From contig OX597823.1 of the NCBI GenBank assembly GCA_951406725.2, forward strand, positions 110,174,001 through 110,238,000: a stretch of 64,000 nucleotides of DNA, written 5' to 3'. Shown in pieces: positions 25,691 to 40,329 of this stretch. The translations under genes were made by a program, and so were the position numbers. The notes below the pieces were generated by a model, which ran no database searches, had not been told where the DNA came from, and saw only the letters and a program-made list of their open reading frames with translations. The DNA comes from Octopus vulgaris. Its lineage: Eukaryota. Positions within the stretch are counted from its first letter, which is position 1; each line of letters begins with the position of its first letter.

Positions 25691-27567
25691 TAAGTTCTTG
25701 ATAGGACTGGACTCTAAAACAGTGTAATTTCGAACCTGTCTATGCTTATGCTTCTGTCTGTGATGCCCTGGCGACTGCAGTAGAATCAGCATTGCTAGCA
25801 CGCTGGAGTTCTGCCCGTTGAACAGTCTGCGATACTCTGGTGATCGAATTAGAAGCAGGATTGCGAACACATAGTTCTTCTGTCTCGTTTGCCCGCAAGG
25901 AATGCAAAGTGGAAGCATTTTTGTTTTTCTCTCAATGTGACTCCTACTTTTTCGAGGCATCCTACCGAAATCTCTAATTGAATGAATCTTTAATAAAATC
26001 AATTAAATTTACCTCGTTGCTGTTTACGAGCACTAAGTATGGCATTTCAACAAAAAATTCCCAAAGCGCTAAAGTGCACAAGTATCTGCACCAAATGGCA
26101 AATTATTAGCACCAAATAGCACATTGATGCGGACAATTGTGAATGAGCATTCACATCTATAAGCAAATGTGGACAGAACGATTTCGAGAAAATCGATGTT
26201 CTATAGACCACAAGTGCAATTTTGATAAAATGTAAACGATCGATGCGAACACCAGTGCACTGACAGGTAGCAGAAGGTAAAGGATATTTCTGAAAAAATT
26301 CACACTTAAGTGCAAAATTCAAATAACAAGAATGTGCAAATCGAAATCTATTCTAGGACTTCTCTGAAAATGAAAGACAGCCAAAACAGGGCTTTCTTTG
26401 GGGGAAAAGGATGTTAGCATTAAATTGCGATATATCAATTTGGAAGTAATTAAATTCTTTATAAATAAGTTATTTAAGTCAATGTAACCGGAAAACTTCA
26501 AATGGAATATATGGTTCGGCAATATGTGATGTTGACCGATAAAGTAGAAAACCTTATGGATGAATAAGTTACCAGAACCGACCGAATAGGGCTTTTATTA
26601 GAATGTAGCTGACGAATTTGATCTGTAAATTTCGTAAAAAATTATAAGAATTTGCCAAAATATTGTTCAGTTATCCTTACTGATAGAAAATAACTCATAA
26701 TTTGAAATGTTGATACCAGTATTCCTTTTTCATGAAATGGAATTAAAGAGTATATAACGGGCATGTACGTGTTAAATCAAGTGAGTGATGCAAAAGTAAA
26801 AAAGAAAATACTGCTCATTTTTTGTTTTATATAAGAAATTGTTAGATAAAGTTTTAGATATTTGTCACTCAAATTTCAACGTTTAATCACCAATCACTTT
26901 GTCGTTTTCTACTTTCACTTGAATTTTGTTTTGAGCAAATATTCACACAGTTGATTGATCGCCAATTAGTGCCATTTATTCGTTAAAGTTAATATATTAT
27001 TTCATTTTTACTTATTCAGAATAATTGCCTAGTCTTCTAACTCTTTTGTGTCAGCTTATTTATTAAACAGAGAATGACATGCCTGGATGCACGTGTTCGA
27101 GTACATCGCATTCTAGAATGATATCGATTTTTAATGCAATCACATGTTCTTTCATGAAATTGCTTAGGAAGTTTGATGCAATTAATACTCTGATGCAGAT
27201 TGGACGAACATAGCGGTCGTTCGTTGATCAGTAAGTACTTTTAAAATCGGATTTTTCCATCAAGATCTTGATTTATAAAGGGCAAATCTCACCTTGAAAC
27301 TAGCGATTATGTTATGAAATGTACGTAATGCAACCACAGTGACGTCTTTTACCTATGTGTAAAATTTCAGTGCAATCAGTTGAAAAATACAACCGTTATA
27401 ATCTTTTACACACACAAAGAGAGAACAAACGTGGTTTATATATTATAGATATACTTACATACATGTACGTACATACATATATATGTATACACACACACAA
27501 ACATATATATACATATATATATATATATTTATATGTAATTCATATACATATGATAAAAGAGGTTGAT

Positions 27568-27625
27568 TTCGCATGATGTAATAACTCTATTCATAAAAGA
27601 ACTTGTTTGAAACAATTGTAGTGAA
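27568..27625 (+). ncRNA. Degenerate type-I hammerhead motif
   Basis: ttcgc-ATGATGT-...-GAAA-caattg-TA-gtgaa; stems I and III retained, core mutated. Confidence 0.3.
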
Positions 27626-27914
27626 CGAAACAATTTGTTGATAATTGCTTATTATTTACTTTACTCTGAACCTTCGAGTAGCGTGGAATAAGACTCTATT
27701 AAGTGCAGTGTTCCTAGGTACAGCCTCGTGGTATGTTCAGTCGAGTGCGTGTGATTGTATATGTGACAGTAATACTAATCCATCTGTACTTCGGTATGTA
27801 CGTATATTCTCCTCTGATTTTGTTTTGTACACTATTGCTATTTCTTTGACTCGAAATTGGTGCTTTAGTATTTAGGTTCCTGTTTAACTCGAATCCTGAA
27901 CTTGTACATACATA

Positions 27915-28800
27915 TATGAGGGGATACCCTAAAGAAACCTGAATTTTACAAAATTTCCTTATTTACTTAGTTTTTACATATTTACATTTTTAGGACATTC
28001 ATAGTATTCTCCATTTGAAGAAATGCATCGGTCGAGGCGAGTTTTCCACTTTTCGAAGCCGTGCTGGAGATTTTGCGAAGTAATCCATTGTAATGCCTCC
28101 GTCGTTTTCTTCTTCACCTCTTTGACATTTGCAAATTCCGTAGCACCAACTTTCTTCACCGGTCCGGATCAACTTATAACTGTTCTTTCAGTTTGCAATA
28201 CGCATTCGGTCGTTACTGCTTTTGATCTTCGTGAACAAGAGAGGCACAAATTGTGCGGCAACTTTTTCATTCGCAACTCCTCACTCCAAATTCGTTGGTA
28301 GAAGCTCCGGGATACACCAGTCATATCAACAAGTTTGTCAGTTATTCGGCGATGATCCTCCTAGATAGATCAGTTAATAATTTTATATGACGCTTTCATT
28401 AATTCGGGAGGTCGTCAGTCGTTCTGAACAAGGTTGGTCATCAAGCGACAAGTGACCATTCCGAAAGCGTGGAAACAATTTGTAAACTTATGTTTTGCTC
28501 ACGGCAGCGTCTTTGTAAGCTGTTTGAGGCATGAGAACTGGTTCGGCCGCCGTTTTCACCAGCAGAAAACAGAATTTCACGGAAGCATGTTTTTTTGTGT
28601 TTTTTTTCGTTTCAGTCATCGCAAAAATCGACTGAAGGCACTGCAAAACAAAAACGTACGACGTGGCATTACGAGCTCCTCTGGTACAACGCCTGTCGAC
28701 AAACTGATTTATAATGGTGGAATCTAGTTGCTTCTAGTGGCAGAAGCCTGAACTACAAATGGCTTGTCGTACAGAAAATATTTTCGGTTACTTTTGTATC
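27915..28800 (-). mobile_element. Internally deleted mariner-like element
   Basis: TIR-like 'tatgaggggataccctaaagaaacctgaat' and partial 'ttttcggttacttttg'; C-terminal EFANVKEVKKKTTEAL..FEKWKTRLDRCISSNGEYYE. Confidence 0.75.
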
Positions 28801-28920
28801 GGTTATTACATTACTGATCTTCTGAATAAGTGAAGCTATATTCTTTAATTTGCTGCTTTTCTTTACAGGAACTGAGAAGATACATCGCGTGACAGTTATT
28901 TTAGCGAGCTACATCTATTT

Positions 28921-29028
28921 ATCACCTGAAGAGACACATCTACACAGTCGGACGATCCTGAACCTGTTGTTCAGTATCTCACCTGTGAGAGATCGATGCT
29001 AGAAGGGTCGAAACAATTTTAAAAGATT
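28921..29028 (+). ncRNA. Hammerhead-like motif with long branched stem II (degenerate)
   Basis: CTGAAGA-gac...cgatc[ctgaac/gttcag][tctcac/gtgaga]gatcg...gtc-GAAA-caatt-TT. Confidence 0.4.
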
Positions 29029-29109
29029 AATGAAAGTTCTCATATCTTTCATCTTCCGTCTCTTATCAACTATATACATAATACATACATATACATACAT
29101 ACACACACA

Positions 29110-29140
<31 letters not shown>

Positions 29141-30117
29141 GAATGTATACAGATATATATGTATGTATATATAGAAATATATACATACATATATACACAC
29201 ACACACACATATATATATATACACATATATATATATTGGCGTGTGCGTGAGTGAATGTGTGTGTATGCATATATTTCTATGTATACGTGCACGCACACGC
29301 ACATAATTTATTACAATGTGTGAAATGTATCATTGGCAATTTTCTCGTTAGTTTACAAAAGAATATACACAGCTTCAATCGATGTTTTGAATGTGTACGT
29401 TTGAAACATGTTTATACTTAACCGTAATTAACATGATCCGCATCTGTGCTGAAAGAATACACGAAGAATTTATTATTTTAATAACGATAAGAAGCTGACG
29501 ATGATAGTTGTTTTGGTATGATGTCGGTGACGTAAGTGATGAGACAAGATAATTGCCTTGATATTGATGCTTCTGATGATAATGATGATGTTAGTGATAA
29601 TGATGGTGACGGTGCTGCTGCTGCTGATAACGATTATCACGACAATGATGATGATGATGATGATGATGAGAAGGAGGATGATGATGATGTTGATGATGAT
29701 GTAGATATTTATATGAAGCATAAATAACCTTCAAAATGAGAAAATTAGATAGCAGCGAGATATTGCTAATTATGTGTAAGGTAATGAGGAACATGATGAT
29801 GGTGGTTATGTTAAGGAGAAGAACGAGGAGCAGTGGTAGGATAACAGTAACAAACATCATGTTGAGGATGGTAATTGCAAAAACGATAAAACAAAACAAA
29901 AGCACAATAAAAGTACCACAAAAACACGAGCAAGAGGAAAAGAAATTAATCGAAATAATAAGAGTGAAACCCATTGCGTTGTTTAAGACATTCTTCCAGC
30001 TGTTTTAACGTGTTAGTATTTCTAAGCCAGAAGTGTCACTTAACAATACAGAATGATAGGCAAAATATTAAAAACTATAAGTAAAAAGAAGCCAATAAAT
30101 AAATAAATAAATATTGT

Positions 30118-30358
30118 CACACACGAACGCACGCACATACCAAGGAATATTTTATATATACTCACACACATACATACATATATATATATATATATTTATA
30201 TATATGTGTGTATATGTATATATGTATCATGAACACGTATATACCAACTATACTCATTACCATATTTTAGAAACCGGTTGGGAATTTTTTTTATAAAATA
30301 TATATATATTATCACACACGAACGCACGCACATACCAAGGAATATTTTATATATACAC

Positions 30359-30390
<32 letters not shown>

Positions 30391-30460
30391 GTATATGTCA
30401 TGACGACGTATATACCAACTATACTCATTACCATATTTTAGAAACCGGTTGGGAATTTTT
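30118..30460. repeat. Tandem duplication, ~195-bp period
   Basis: 'tcacacacgaacgcacgcacataccaaggaatatttt...catattttagaaaccggttgggaattttt' occurs twice. Confidence 0.9.
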
Positions 30461-31476
30461 CTTTGTATATCCCTCGAGTTAATTTCAGTCTCTTACAAAT
30501 TTATTGCAATCTATATATATAATTATTTTAACCATAATTTTGCTTGACCCAAATTTCGTGGTTGTATTCTTTTTACAAACTTCTTTTAGCTTTCTTTTTT
30601 CATTTATTTTTCATATATAATATACAGTATGTATGTATATATATGTGTGTGTGTATGTTTATGCATAAACCTATTCTAAAACAAATTTCTCCCTCCCCTT
30701 GTTCTTCCCACTTATTTTACATTTACACACATATATATATATATATCCTTATGTATGTATGTATGTATGTATGTATGTATGTATGTATGTATGTATGTAT
30801 GTATGTATGTATGTAGGATTGTACGTATCACAACATTAATAATTGTTGTCGACTATTTTCAAGATGGCATCCTTAATTTTCTTCCTTCATTTTCACAAAA
30901 GATTTTTTTCCCCACAATACATTCACAACAGTAAATTTTTTACTGCCTTTCATCTTTTCCAGAGTTTTCCTTTTTTTCACAACGTTGTATTTGCTATTAT
31001 ATATATGCATATATTTTTTCTTTCATACATACACAAACACGTACACGTACATATATACAGATAGGTATATGTAAACATACAGCTATGTATGTATGTATAT
31101 ATATATATATATGTAAGTATAAATATGTATATGTACCGTTAGTGTATGTACGTTTCTCATTTTCTATTTATCATTTCATTTTCCCTTCAGACATGCCCAT
31201 TTAAAAAGGCAGGTTTATAAATATGTATACATAACTTTAGCCACGAGTCAATGTTTTGGTGTTGTTTTTTGATATTGTCTTTTTATGTGTTATGTTGTTT
31301 TTCGTGTATTTTTACGTTGCTTTTCTTTTTATACAATTTTGCGTTTTAGATTGTTATATACATAAATATATTTTTTCATTCTAAATATTTTATGGAGATT
31401 CCCAGTGTGTCCATGGAAGCACATGTACGTATGTATACTTCTAACAAATGAAAAATTAGATATTCTCTGTATACTA

Positions 31477-31566
<90 letters not shown>

Positions 31567-32035
31567 ATGTGTGTGTATGTACCTATGTATTTATGTATTT
31601 ATGAATTACTTACGTATGAATGTAAGTATATATATACATATATATATAGATTGATAGATAGATAGATGATAAAGAAAATAAGAAGTTAAGATACATAGAT
31701 TGATGGATATAGATATAGACAGGGAGATCAGCATGTATCTCTATATATACTTATATGCATTTATTCACACATATATTCACATGCATGTGTTTATGTGGGA
31801 GTGCGAACGTGCGCCTTGTTTTTCGATATACGTACGCGAATAAATATATTCGAAACAGTAATATTTGTCTATATTTGTCATTTGTATTTGATATTTTAGA
31901 GCGAGGGTGGTGGTGCGGACACTATTCTGTGATGTTACTCCAACTTTCAAGAATTTACTAGAAGAACAAGCACCTGCTGCGTGTTCGGTGTGTCTAATCC
32001 CGAAACTCGGACTACGAACAATTTTCCGCACCACA

Positions 32036-32137
<102 letters not shown>

Positions 32138-32316
32138 GTCTGCTTGCCTGTCGGTCTCTCTATCTGTCTATCTATTTATTTATCAATCTAAATATATATA
32201 TACGTATATGTGTGTAAATATGAACACATCTATCTTAAATTGCCCAAAATATGCATGTTCGTATAAATGGGAAAATGCATTTCATTTATATATGTATCTA
32301 TTTTATAAAATCCATA

Positions 32317-32352
<36 letters not shown>

Positions 32353-32430
32353 CATATATATAGATGGGAGTAAGGTGCTTGCGCGCGTTTGTGAGTGAAA
32401 TATTGTTATCTCTACTTGTGGGTGTATGTC

Positions 32431-32491
<61 letters not shown>

Positions 32492-33167
32492 AGAGACACA
32501 CACACACATAGACACATACAAGTATCATATATATGCTGATATACACAAATTCACATACAGATTTCTGCATTCTCAGCTTCAAACGTAAAAAAATAAGAAA
32601 AATTCTATTTCTTATATAGTTCGAGGTTTGATATATATGTACATGGGGTAATAAAGAATTGAAGAACTGCAGCCAACATCAAAATTTACCAAATTGACAG
32701 CTACAGACAACAATTTCTCACTATGTAATCTATATGAACCTATGGTACATAGGATTTTATGTAGGGGTAGGGCATTGTGATTCCCTGGCATTATTAATTC
32801 AATTTTATTTTATTTTTTATTTTAATGTTGGTGTGTTGTTTATTTGAATGTGTATGTCGTTGTGTTCTTGTATTTTTGTTATAGTTAAGTTTATAACCTC
32901 CTCACCAGCCTCCAAACTATATGTTCATCTATTACTTCTATTTCTAGTTTTTTTTTTCTCTCTCTCTCTTTTGTTACGTTGCCAGCACACTCTATTCTTA
33001 TACACTTCTAATGGCTGGCTGCATTATTTTGTATTCTACAGTTAGTAAATTAAAAAAATATTGTACATAATAGAAAAATAACAACGACAATACTTATTAT
33101 TATTGACGTTATTATTATCGGTATTAAAATTGTTGTTCTTGATGCTATCATTATTATTATTATTATT

Positions 33168-33721
33168 GAGTGAGAGAGTAGTTCATGCCATCAAAGTGAC
33201 ACTGGGGTAAAATATACGAAGCCCAGTATACCCATCATGACTATCCGTCTGATAAGGGTACACCAGGCACATGCATCACAACCATATGTGCGCGACATGG
33301 TCATCTCATATCAAGATAAACAGCACATGACCTTGCAGGTGGGGCCCAGTTAGAATTTTCTTCAGGTTGAGTAGTCCATCCCGCTCAAACGGTCCCTGAA
33401 TAAGGGTTGTTTAAGGATGTTGAAAGAACCACCCATGTTTCCAGAGGTGAACTATTCAAACCCCAAAGAATCCCTCTCAACACATGGCTATGATGCTCCC
33501 CCACTACTTCTGCTCGTGATCAGAGATGCACATATCGTCAGCCACTAAGGGACATGCTCAACTGGTTAAGGTCAAACAACTGACAAGCAAATCTGTGGTA
33601 TTGAGCAGAATATTTGCTGTAGCCCATCTTTTATACCAAGACAAAACAATGTACATGATAACACTTCCAATCAGTTAAGATCAGAAGCCATGAAAGCCTC
33701 TGCCTGGTACTGCATCAGGGC

Positions 33722-33723
<2 letters not shown>
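33168..33723. mobile_element. ~555-bp non-coding interspersed element inserted in (TTA)n
   Basis: Sharp-edged complex block with higher GC than its flanks, bounded by (TTA)n on both sides, no ORF. Confidence 0.55.
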
Positions 33724-33759
<36 letters not shown>

Positions 33760-33949
33760 GTAGTAGTAGTAGTAGTAGTAGTAGTAATAGTAGTAGTAGG
33801 GTGGTGATGGTGGTGGTGGTGGTGGTAGTAGTAGCAGTAGTAGGAGTAGGAGTAAGAAACAGCAGAAGTAGTAGCAGCAGCAGTAGTAGCATCATTATTG
33901 TCTTTATTAATATATTATTTGCGATTAACACTAATATAAATTCTCATAA

Positions 33950-34632
33950 TAATGTTTTCCTTATTGGCACAAACTGGTCTACATAGAACAAACAGGGGCA
34001 CAAAAACAGAAGCACAAACGGAGCGGTTTACCGTGCAAACCTATGAAGCAATAGCAAAAATGAGAGGTAAAATTACACTTTGCAAAATCCCCATAGTGTT
34101 GGGGTCACTTTCAAGGAAAAACCATGTAAACTCCACAGAAGATCATGGTTTCCCTGACCACTTATACAAGTGCTTTACCTCTCTCTCTCATTCCACTCAG
34201 AAGCGCATGCTCAGAGCGGGCCCTTCACATGAACTATGCTTGCCACTCTCGTCCGCCTTTCAATAAATTTAATAGAAGGGAGAACCTACCTCTCCACTCT
34301 GATCCGCCTGTTCAAGTGGAACCTGACAAAGTTGATCAGAGATTCGCCAGAGAGGAAAGTGTCGGTCTTCAGCCCATTCATTCTTGTCTACCACACAACC
34401 TTTTTCACCATAGCCACCGGGCAGATGAAGCACCGAGCCTTCCCGACCAAAGGAAGTGGCCAGAAAAATCTTAATAGACTCGGCTGATAGACGGATTCAA
34501 GTGAAACGCGCAGAATCTGCTCAGCACAAACCCACACGTCAGAAATTGTTGGGTACTGAACGTGCAGATCCGTGACTTTAGAGATTATCCTGAACCGACA
34601 ACGCTCTCCAGTAGCATTGCTAGGCCAGGGAT
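33950..34632 (-). mobile_element. L1/Tx1-like LINE 3' fragment (end of ORF2 plus 3'UTR)
   Basis: Homologous to 50330-50760; ends '...ttgtgccaataaggaaaa'. Confidence 0.6.
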
Positions 34633-34636
34633 TGCT

Positions 34637-34674
<38 letters not shown>

Positions 34675-34816
34675 CCCATGTCCACTTCCCCTCCCCCTAC
34701 CCCCTCAAGCCTTCAGCTATATTTCAACAACTCTTAACCTTCACTTGCCCTAGGGCGCTGGGTGTGCCCCGGCAAGTGATTGCATCAAACATGCAGATTA
34801 AAAGTAAATGACAATG

Positions 34817-34922
<106 letters not shown>

Positions 34923-34959
34923 TAATAATAATAATAATAATCAGGGTAGTATAACATCT

Positions 34960-35581
34960 ATAAAACTTCTGACAACCAGAAATGCAGACTCTGTAGGAAA
35001 GAGTGTGACCCACTTGGTAAGTGGATGAGAGAGCCTTGCACAAAAAGAATACAAACGCCGCCGCGATGAAGTGTGTGTGCGTATGTTCATTGGCTCTTCT
35101 GCCGTAAATACCAATATGAAGTAAGAGAGAAGTGGTATGGGCATGTACCAAGTAAAGCTATGCAGTAGTACGGAAAAGTAACGATACTCTGGACTATGAT
35201 TTTCAGACTGATCGTGTAATCGAACACCGTCGGCCGGATAAATCATATTAAGTAAGAGAGACAAATGCTGTCAGATCATTGATGTAGCCATACCAAATGA
35301 CATGAATGTTGTGAGCAAAGACTTTGAAAAAACCACCAAGTACTCCGATTTGAAAGTGGAAATGGCAAGACTGTATGGAATGCGAGAGGGTAATGTAAAA
35401 GTGATGCCAGTGTTGATCGGAGCGTTGGGCTCAATCAAAACTCTTAAGGTAACTGGAAATCCCATACAAGATTGATGTCTTGCAAAAAGCAGCCTTATTG
35501 GGTACAGCGCACATCTTAAGGAAAGCATTTTCTGTCTGAGGTCCTTGTGACTTGACAGATGACTAAGGACTCCGGTGTTAC

Positions 35582-35582
<1 letters not shown>
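34960..35582 (+). mobile_element. R4/Dong-clade LINE 3' fragment (CCHC and RLE), flanked by (TAA)n
   Basis: Frameshifted CRLC..VTHLVSG..LAQKEYKRRRD..VHW..QTDRVIEHRRPD..IIDVAIPND..KYSDLKVE..PVLIGALG..LQKAALLGTAHILRK. Confidence 0.85.
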
Positions 35583-35992
<410 letters not shown>

Positions 35993-36279
35993 TATGCTAT
36001 GACAGGGACAGGATTGCTGACAATGAAAAATATAGAGTGCATATCCAAAAGGAGAATTAGGAATTTAGTAGCATGCTTAGGAACCTTAAGACAAATGCAC
36101 AAGCAATACTTTGGTATAACCTCTACCTCATAAAAATATACGTATATTTTGACTCAACAAGAAACAGCAGAAACATACATCAAAACGGGTCAACTAGTAT
36201 TAGGAAGAAGGTTTACACAAACAGTAAAGCATAAGTGGAGATGATTATAAAGTGGATAAATGAGGTAGAATGGATACAT

Positions 36280-36925
36280 CTTCTCGACCTAAAGACGTGC
36301 AAGCATCTTAATGAAAGTATAAATTATTGGATAGAGGAGGTTGAGGAATGCATCTACCTTGCAGAAGAAGTGAATATGCCCCGAGACATGGAGAAGATCT
36401 CACGGAGAGTAAAGGAAAGCGTTCTACTCCACGAAAGATGTGGTCAAAGGAAAGCTGGATAGGTCTACTCGCGCCAGTCTCTTCAATGGCACGGTTTTAC
36501 CTGCAATTTTGTTCGAAAGGAAAACTTGGGCCACGACGAAGAGAGAAGAACAGAGGTTGGTGAACTATGGAAAGATCGTTGCTAGAAGTGTCGCTGAAAG
36601 AGCACATCTGGAGTGAATCGATCAGAGATAAATTTGGCGTGAGAGACATCATCACAGAATATAGAAAGCAGAACTTCAGATGGAGCTGGATACGTCGCTC
36701 GGTCCACCGACAATCGGTGGACTCGCGCAGTAATCGAGTGGTAACCGCGTGCGAGGAAGAGGCCACTCGGAAGTCCTCCAAAATGGTGGATTGATGAAAT
36801 ACTGTAAGCGTTTAGAGCTCCGCGGATGAGGAATGCACATTCCAGATGGCATGGAGGGCGTGCCGTGACGAGTGGTGTCGAAACGACGCCCGATCGTCTA
36901 GTCGGTTAAGATTATCAAGGTGAAT
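36280..36925 (+). mobile_element. RTE-clade LINE 3' fragment
   Basis: MERSLLEVSLKEHIWSESIRDKFGVRDII followed by frameshifted RWAGxVAR..DNRWTRAVIEW..KRPLGSPPKWW. Confidence 0.75.
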
Positions 36926-37479
36926 TAAAATAAGTAGCAATAATAACCAAAGTAGGATTGGTTTTAATACAAACAAACCCTCCTTCCATCTGACATAAAC
37001 ACGGAAAGAAATTATATTACCAAAATTAACACAAATGCGTATGTTTTATCCTTCCCTGGAGAAAATATAACTGAAAAACGTCTCCTTGAAAATAAACAAA
37101 AATGAACTCAAATACCTAAAAATATCAATAAATATGGTATGCTAGAACAAAAGGAAAGCATAACAAACTAATTGAGCAAAAGAATGCTGCATAAGGTACT
37201 TCTATAAACGTGGGCACTTGTTTCTGGATAGGAAAGTAGGGGGATTAAATATAAATAAAAATACATAAAAATGAAAATACTTTACATGGGCCTTAACAAG
37301 AATATATATCAAAAGAACACACACTACCATCGATAGAACTGAATTAATAATGGGTATGAGAATATGGGTAAACGCTTTTTAAAGGAGCGGAATTAATTAG
37401 AATTAATAATAACTAATAACATAGCCATGTTTAATTATAGCAAAAACTGAACTCATCAAGATATTAAGAACTGTAAGCA

Positions 37480-39900
37480 AATGTAAAACACTTATAGACG
37501 CGTTTCCCAGTTTGTAGCATCTCACCATAATAATACCAATGGGTGTGGAATGGCAGCGTTCAATGAACTGCTTAGCAGACAAGATTGACCTAACATATGG
37601 CTTCTGAGGAAATGGAACATGATAGATTCTACTCTATCCAAAGAAACTCCATAGACCCCATAACTAGAGGCCTCTAACTTGTTTGCCAAAAACACACAAA
37701 GCAATTATGACCATATTCTACAACAGGTATTACAACATATACAAATAGCAGAAACAACATCGAATCTGGATATTTATTTGTGTAAATGCAGATCATAGCG
37801 AATGGGACTCAAAATTATTAAAGCAAACCATTGCCTGACCTAGAGCCGTCATGATAATACATTTGGCCTAAACTCAACCGAAATTAAGCAACCTCCTCAC
37901 TAACACACTATATCAAACATTCCATGTCAAAATGTAAAACAATCGTAGCAATAAACTGTATAATTAAAACCAGCCCCAATGATCATAGGAAGACCATTGT
38001 TTTCTCTACAATTTAGTCTTGCTCCGACGCCATTAAGAAATTTGTTGAGTGAAAACATCAATCATCAAAGATGCTACGGAAAAACTATAAACCTTCACTG
38101 TAGATGATGTAAAACTATTTACAATATACATTACCCAGTTGGAAAACCTACTAAAATTATTCATCCAAGACACATAATGAGTGTGCTATTAGACAAATGT
38201 GCCAACTCTAATAGATGAATTAACTAAGACAGAGAATATTAAATTAGATACAGATACCGTAATTAGTGCATCAGACTACAATGACCTACAGAAAATATAA
38301 AGTAGATAAAGCGAATCGAATAAAACACACAGAAATGATATAAGGTATTAGGAATGAATATTACAGAAACGTGAGACTAATATTGAAAATTGACCTCAAA
38401 GTTAGAAAGATGGTTGATATACATATACTAAACACCCCGTATAAACTAAAGATTTAGTATAATATATTGCATGTTTATTGAAGAAAAATGAGAAATCTAC
38501 TAACAACGTTCCGAAACCACTACTCCAAAAGAAAAGACTGTACCTGCCAACATGCGAATATATATATTTTAGTCAGTATCAACGACGTCACTAGAAGCAA
38601 TATAAAGAAGCAAGAAAATAGAAAGAGTTTGTGAAATAAGTGAACATGAAGAGAACAAAATCAAAACATTTCTTTTTCTCTATATGTCAATAAACAACAA
38701 CAATAATTTGCAAACTGGAAATTCACGACACTGAAGACAATTTTTAAAATCAAAAGTAAATAAAATAGACGCAGGAGTGGCTGTGTGGTAACTAGCTTGC
38801 TTACCAACCACATGGTTCCGGGTTCAGTCCCACTGTGTGGCAGCTTGGATAAGTGTCCTCTACTATAGACTGGGGCCGATCAAAGCTTTGTCAGTGGATT
38901 TGGTAAATGGGAGCTGAAAGAAACCTGTCATATATATATATATATGTTGTGTCCCACCATCGCTTGACGATCGATGTATGTGTGTTTACGTCCCCGTAAA
39001 TTAGCGGTTCGCCAAAAGAGACCGATAGAATAAGTACTAGGCTTAAAAAGACTAAGTAGTCCTGGCGTCGATTTGTTCGACTAAACGCGGTGCCCCAGCA
39101 TGGCCGCAATCAATTGAGTGAAACAAATAAAGGAAAAATTTTCCCATATTCAATAAAAGAAGTAAAAAGTAATAGAAAAAACGAAAACTTATCTCCCACA
39201 GATAATAAACATGAAAAGAAAACCACTCCATGGCCAACACCTAGCACGTCATGAAAGAGAGGAACTTTGAGTGAAAGCCAATAATAATTTATGAGATCTG
39301 GGCAGGGAGACTCTGATTTAGCTGTACAGGACCAACGTCTATCTATAAATAGTTACAAAGATATAATATAAAAAATGATGCTTTTCGGTATTAATTCCAC
39401 TCACCAAGTGCAGGCAATGCAACTTGTTCAAGGTGAAATTTGATCGCATCTTTTCTAGCTGTCCAATCCTTGCCAATTTGAGAATATCTCAGACACTTCT
39501 GATATACTCATGAATTGTTGACACTTCCACTTAGGCAGTTTATAGCAATGATAGGGAAACAGATAAGCAATAATGATATGACAAATATTGTGACACCGAC
39601 CTTGGTTCTATCATCTACGACATCCATTGATGAATTCGCTAGAAGAGTTCAAGACTAAATTTTCAGATATAATAAAGAACTGGCAAGAAATTTCGTGTAC
39701 TCTGAAAACTATTTCATTATCCTCTCACCTCGAAGGGGAGATGTTGGAGGAACTATAAAATTATAAGGATTTTAGTATGAAATATAAAGGGTGTGTATCA
39801 AGAAAAATACAGCGATAATAAATACTGGGGCAAAAGGTGTCAAAAATACGCAAAAAAGTACTTTAAACTAAGGTTCGAAATGTGGAACATATTGCATTGA
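37480..39900 (+). mobile_element. Old decayed R4/Dong-like LINE interrupted by a SINE
   Basis: Remnants VDDVKLF (~38100), LDKCA (~38190), DRIFSSCPILA (~39440). Confidence 0.5.
38768..39132 (+). mobile_element. CORE-SINE copy
   Basis: Same family as 24495-24896. Confidence 0.85.
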
Positions 39901-40329
39901 ATATAATAGATTTTGTCATGCCAATTACAGTGGAATATAGTCCAGTTCTAGGAGGAAGGACTGGGTATGGAAACTAGCCTTGTGGTAAGTGAGAAAAGAA
40001 GAGACAAACAGTCTGAAATTGACTGAATAATCAACCAGCTGCGAGGAGCAGACATCATTGCATTTCGTCAGAAAATACGGAAATTAGAAAAAGAGGAAAC
40101 TAATGCCTGAGGATCAGATAATGTAGCGTGTCTATGAGTAGATTTTTGCCAATAATTCGAGTAGCATATCATTGGATTCTCTCGAGAATGTCTGTAAATA
40201 CAGCAATAATATCGTTCATGTTGTTGGAGCAATACCTGATTGCAAATCTCTTTCCTTTGTAAAAAGTCAGTCACTGTTGAGGAATATTGAAGCTCTAATG
40301 AGACAATGCTTTCTGTGAGATTCTGTTCT

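Noticed and set aside
33500-33723. Hammerhead or HDV fold in the (TTA)n-flanked element
   Set aside because: CTGACGA is present on the minus strand but no matching stems or GAAA could be paired; only simple hairpins were found
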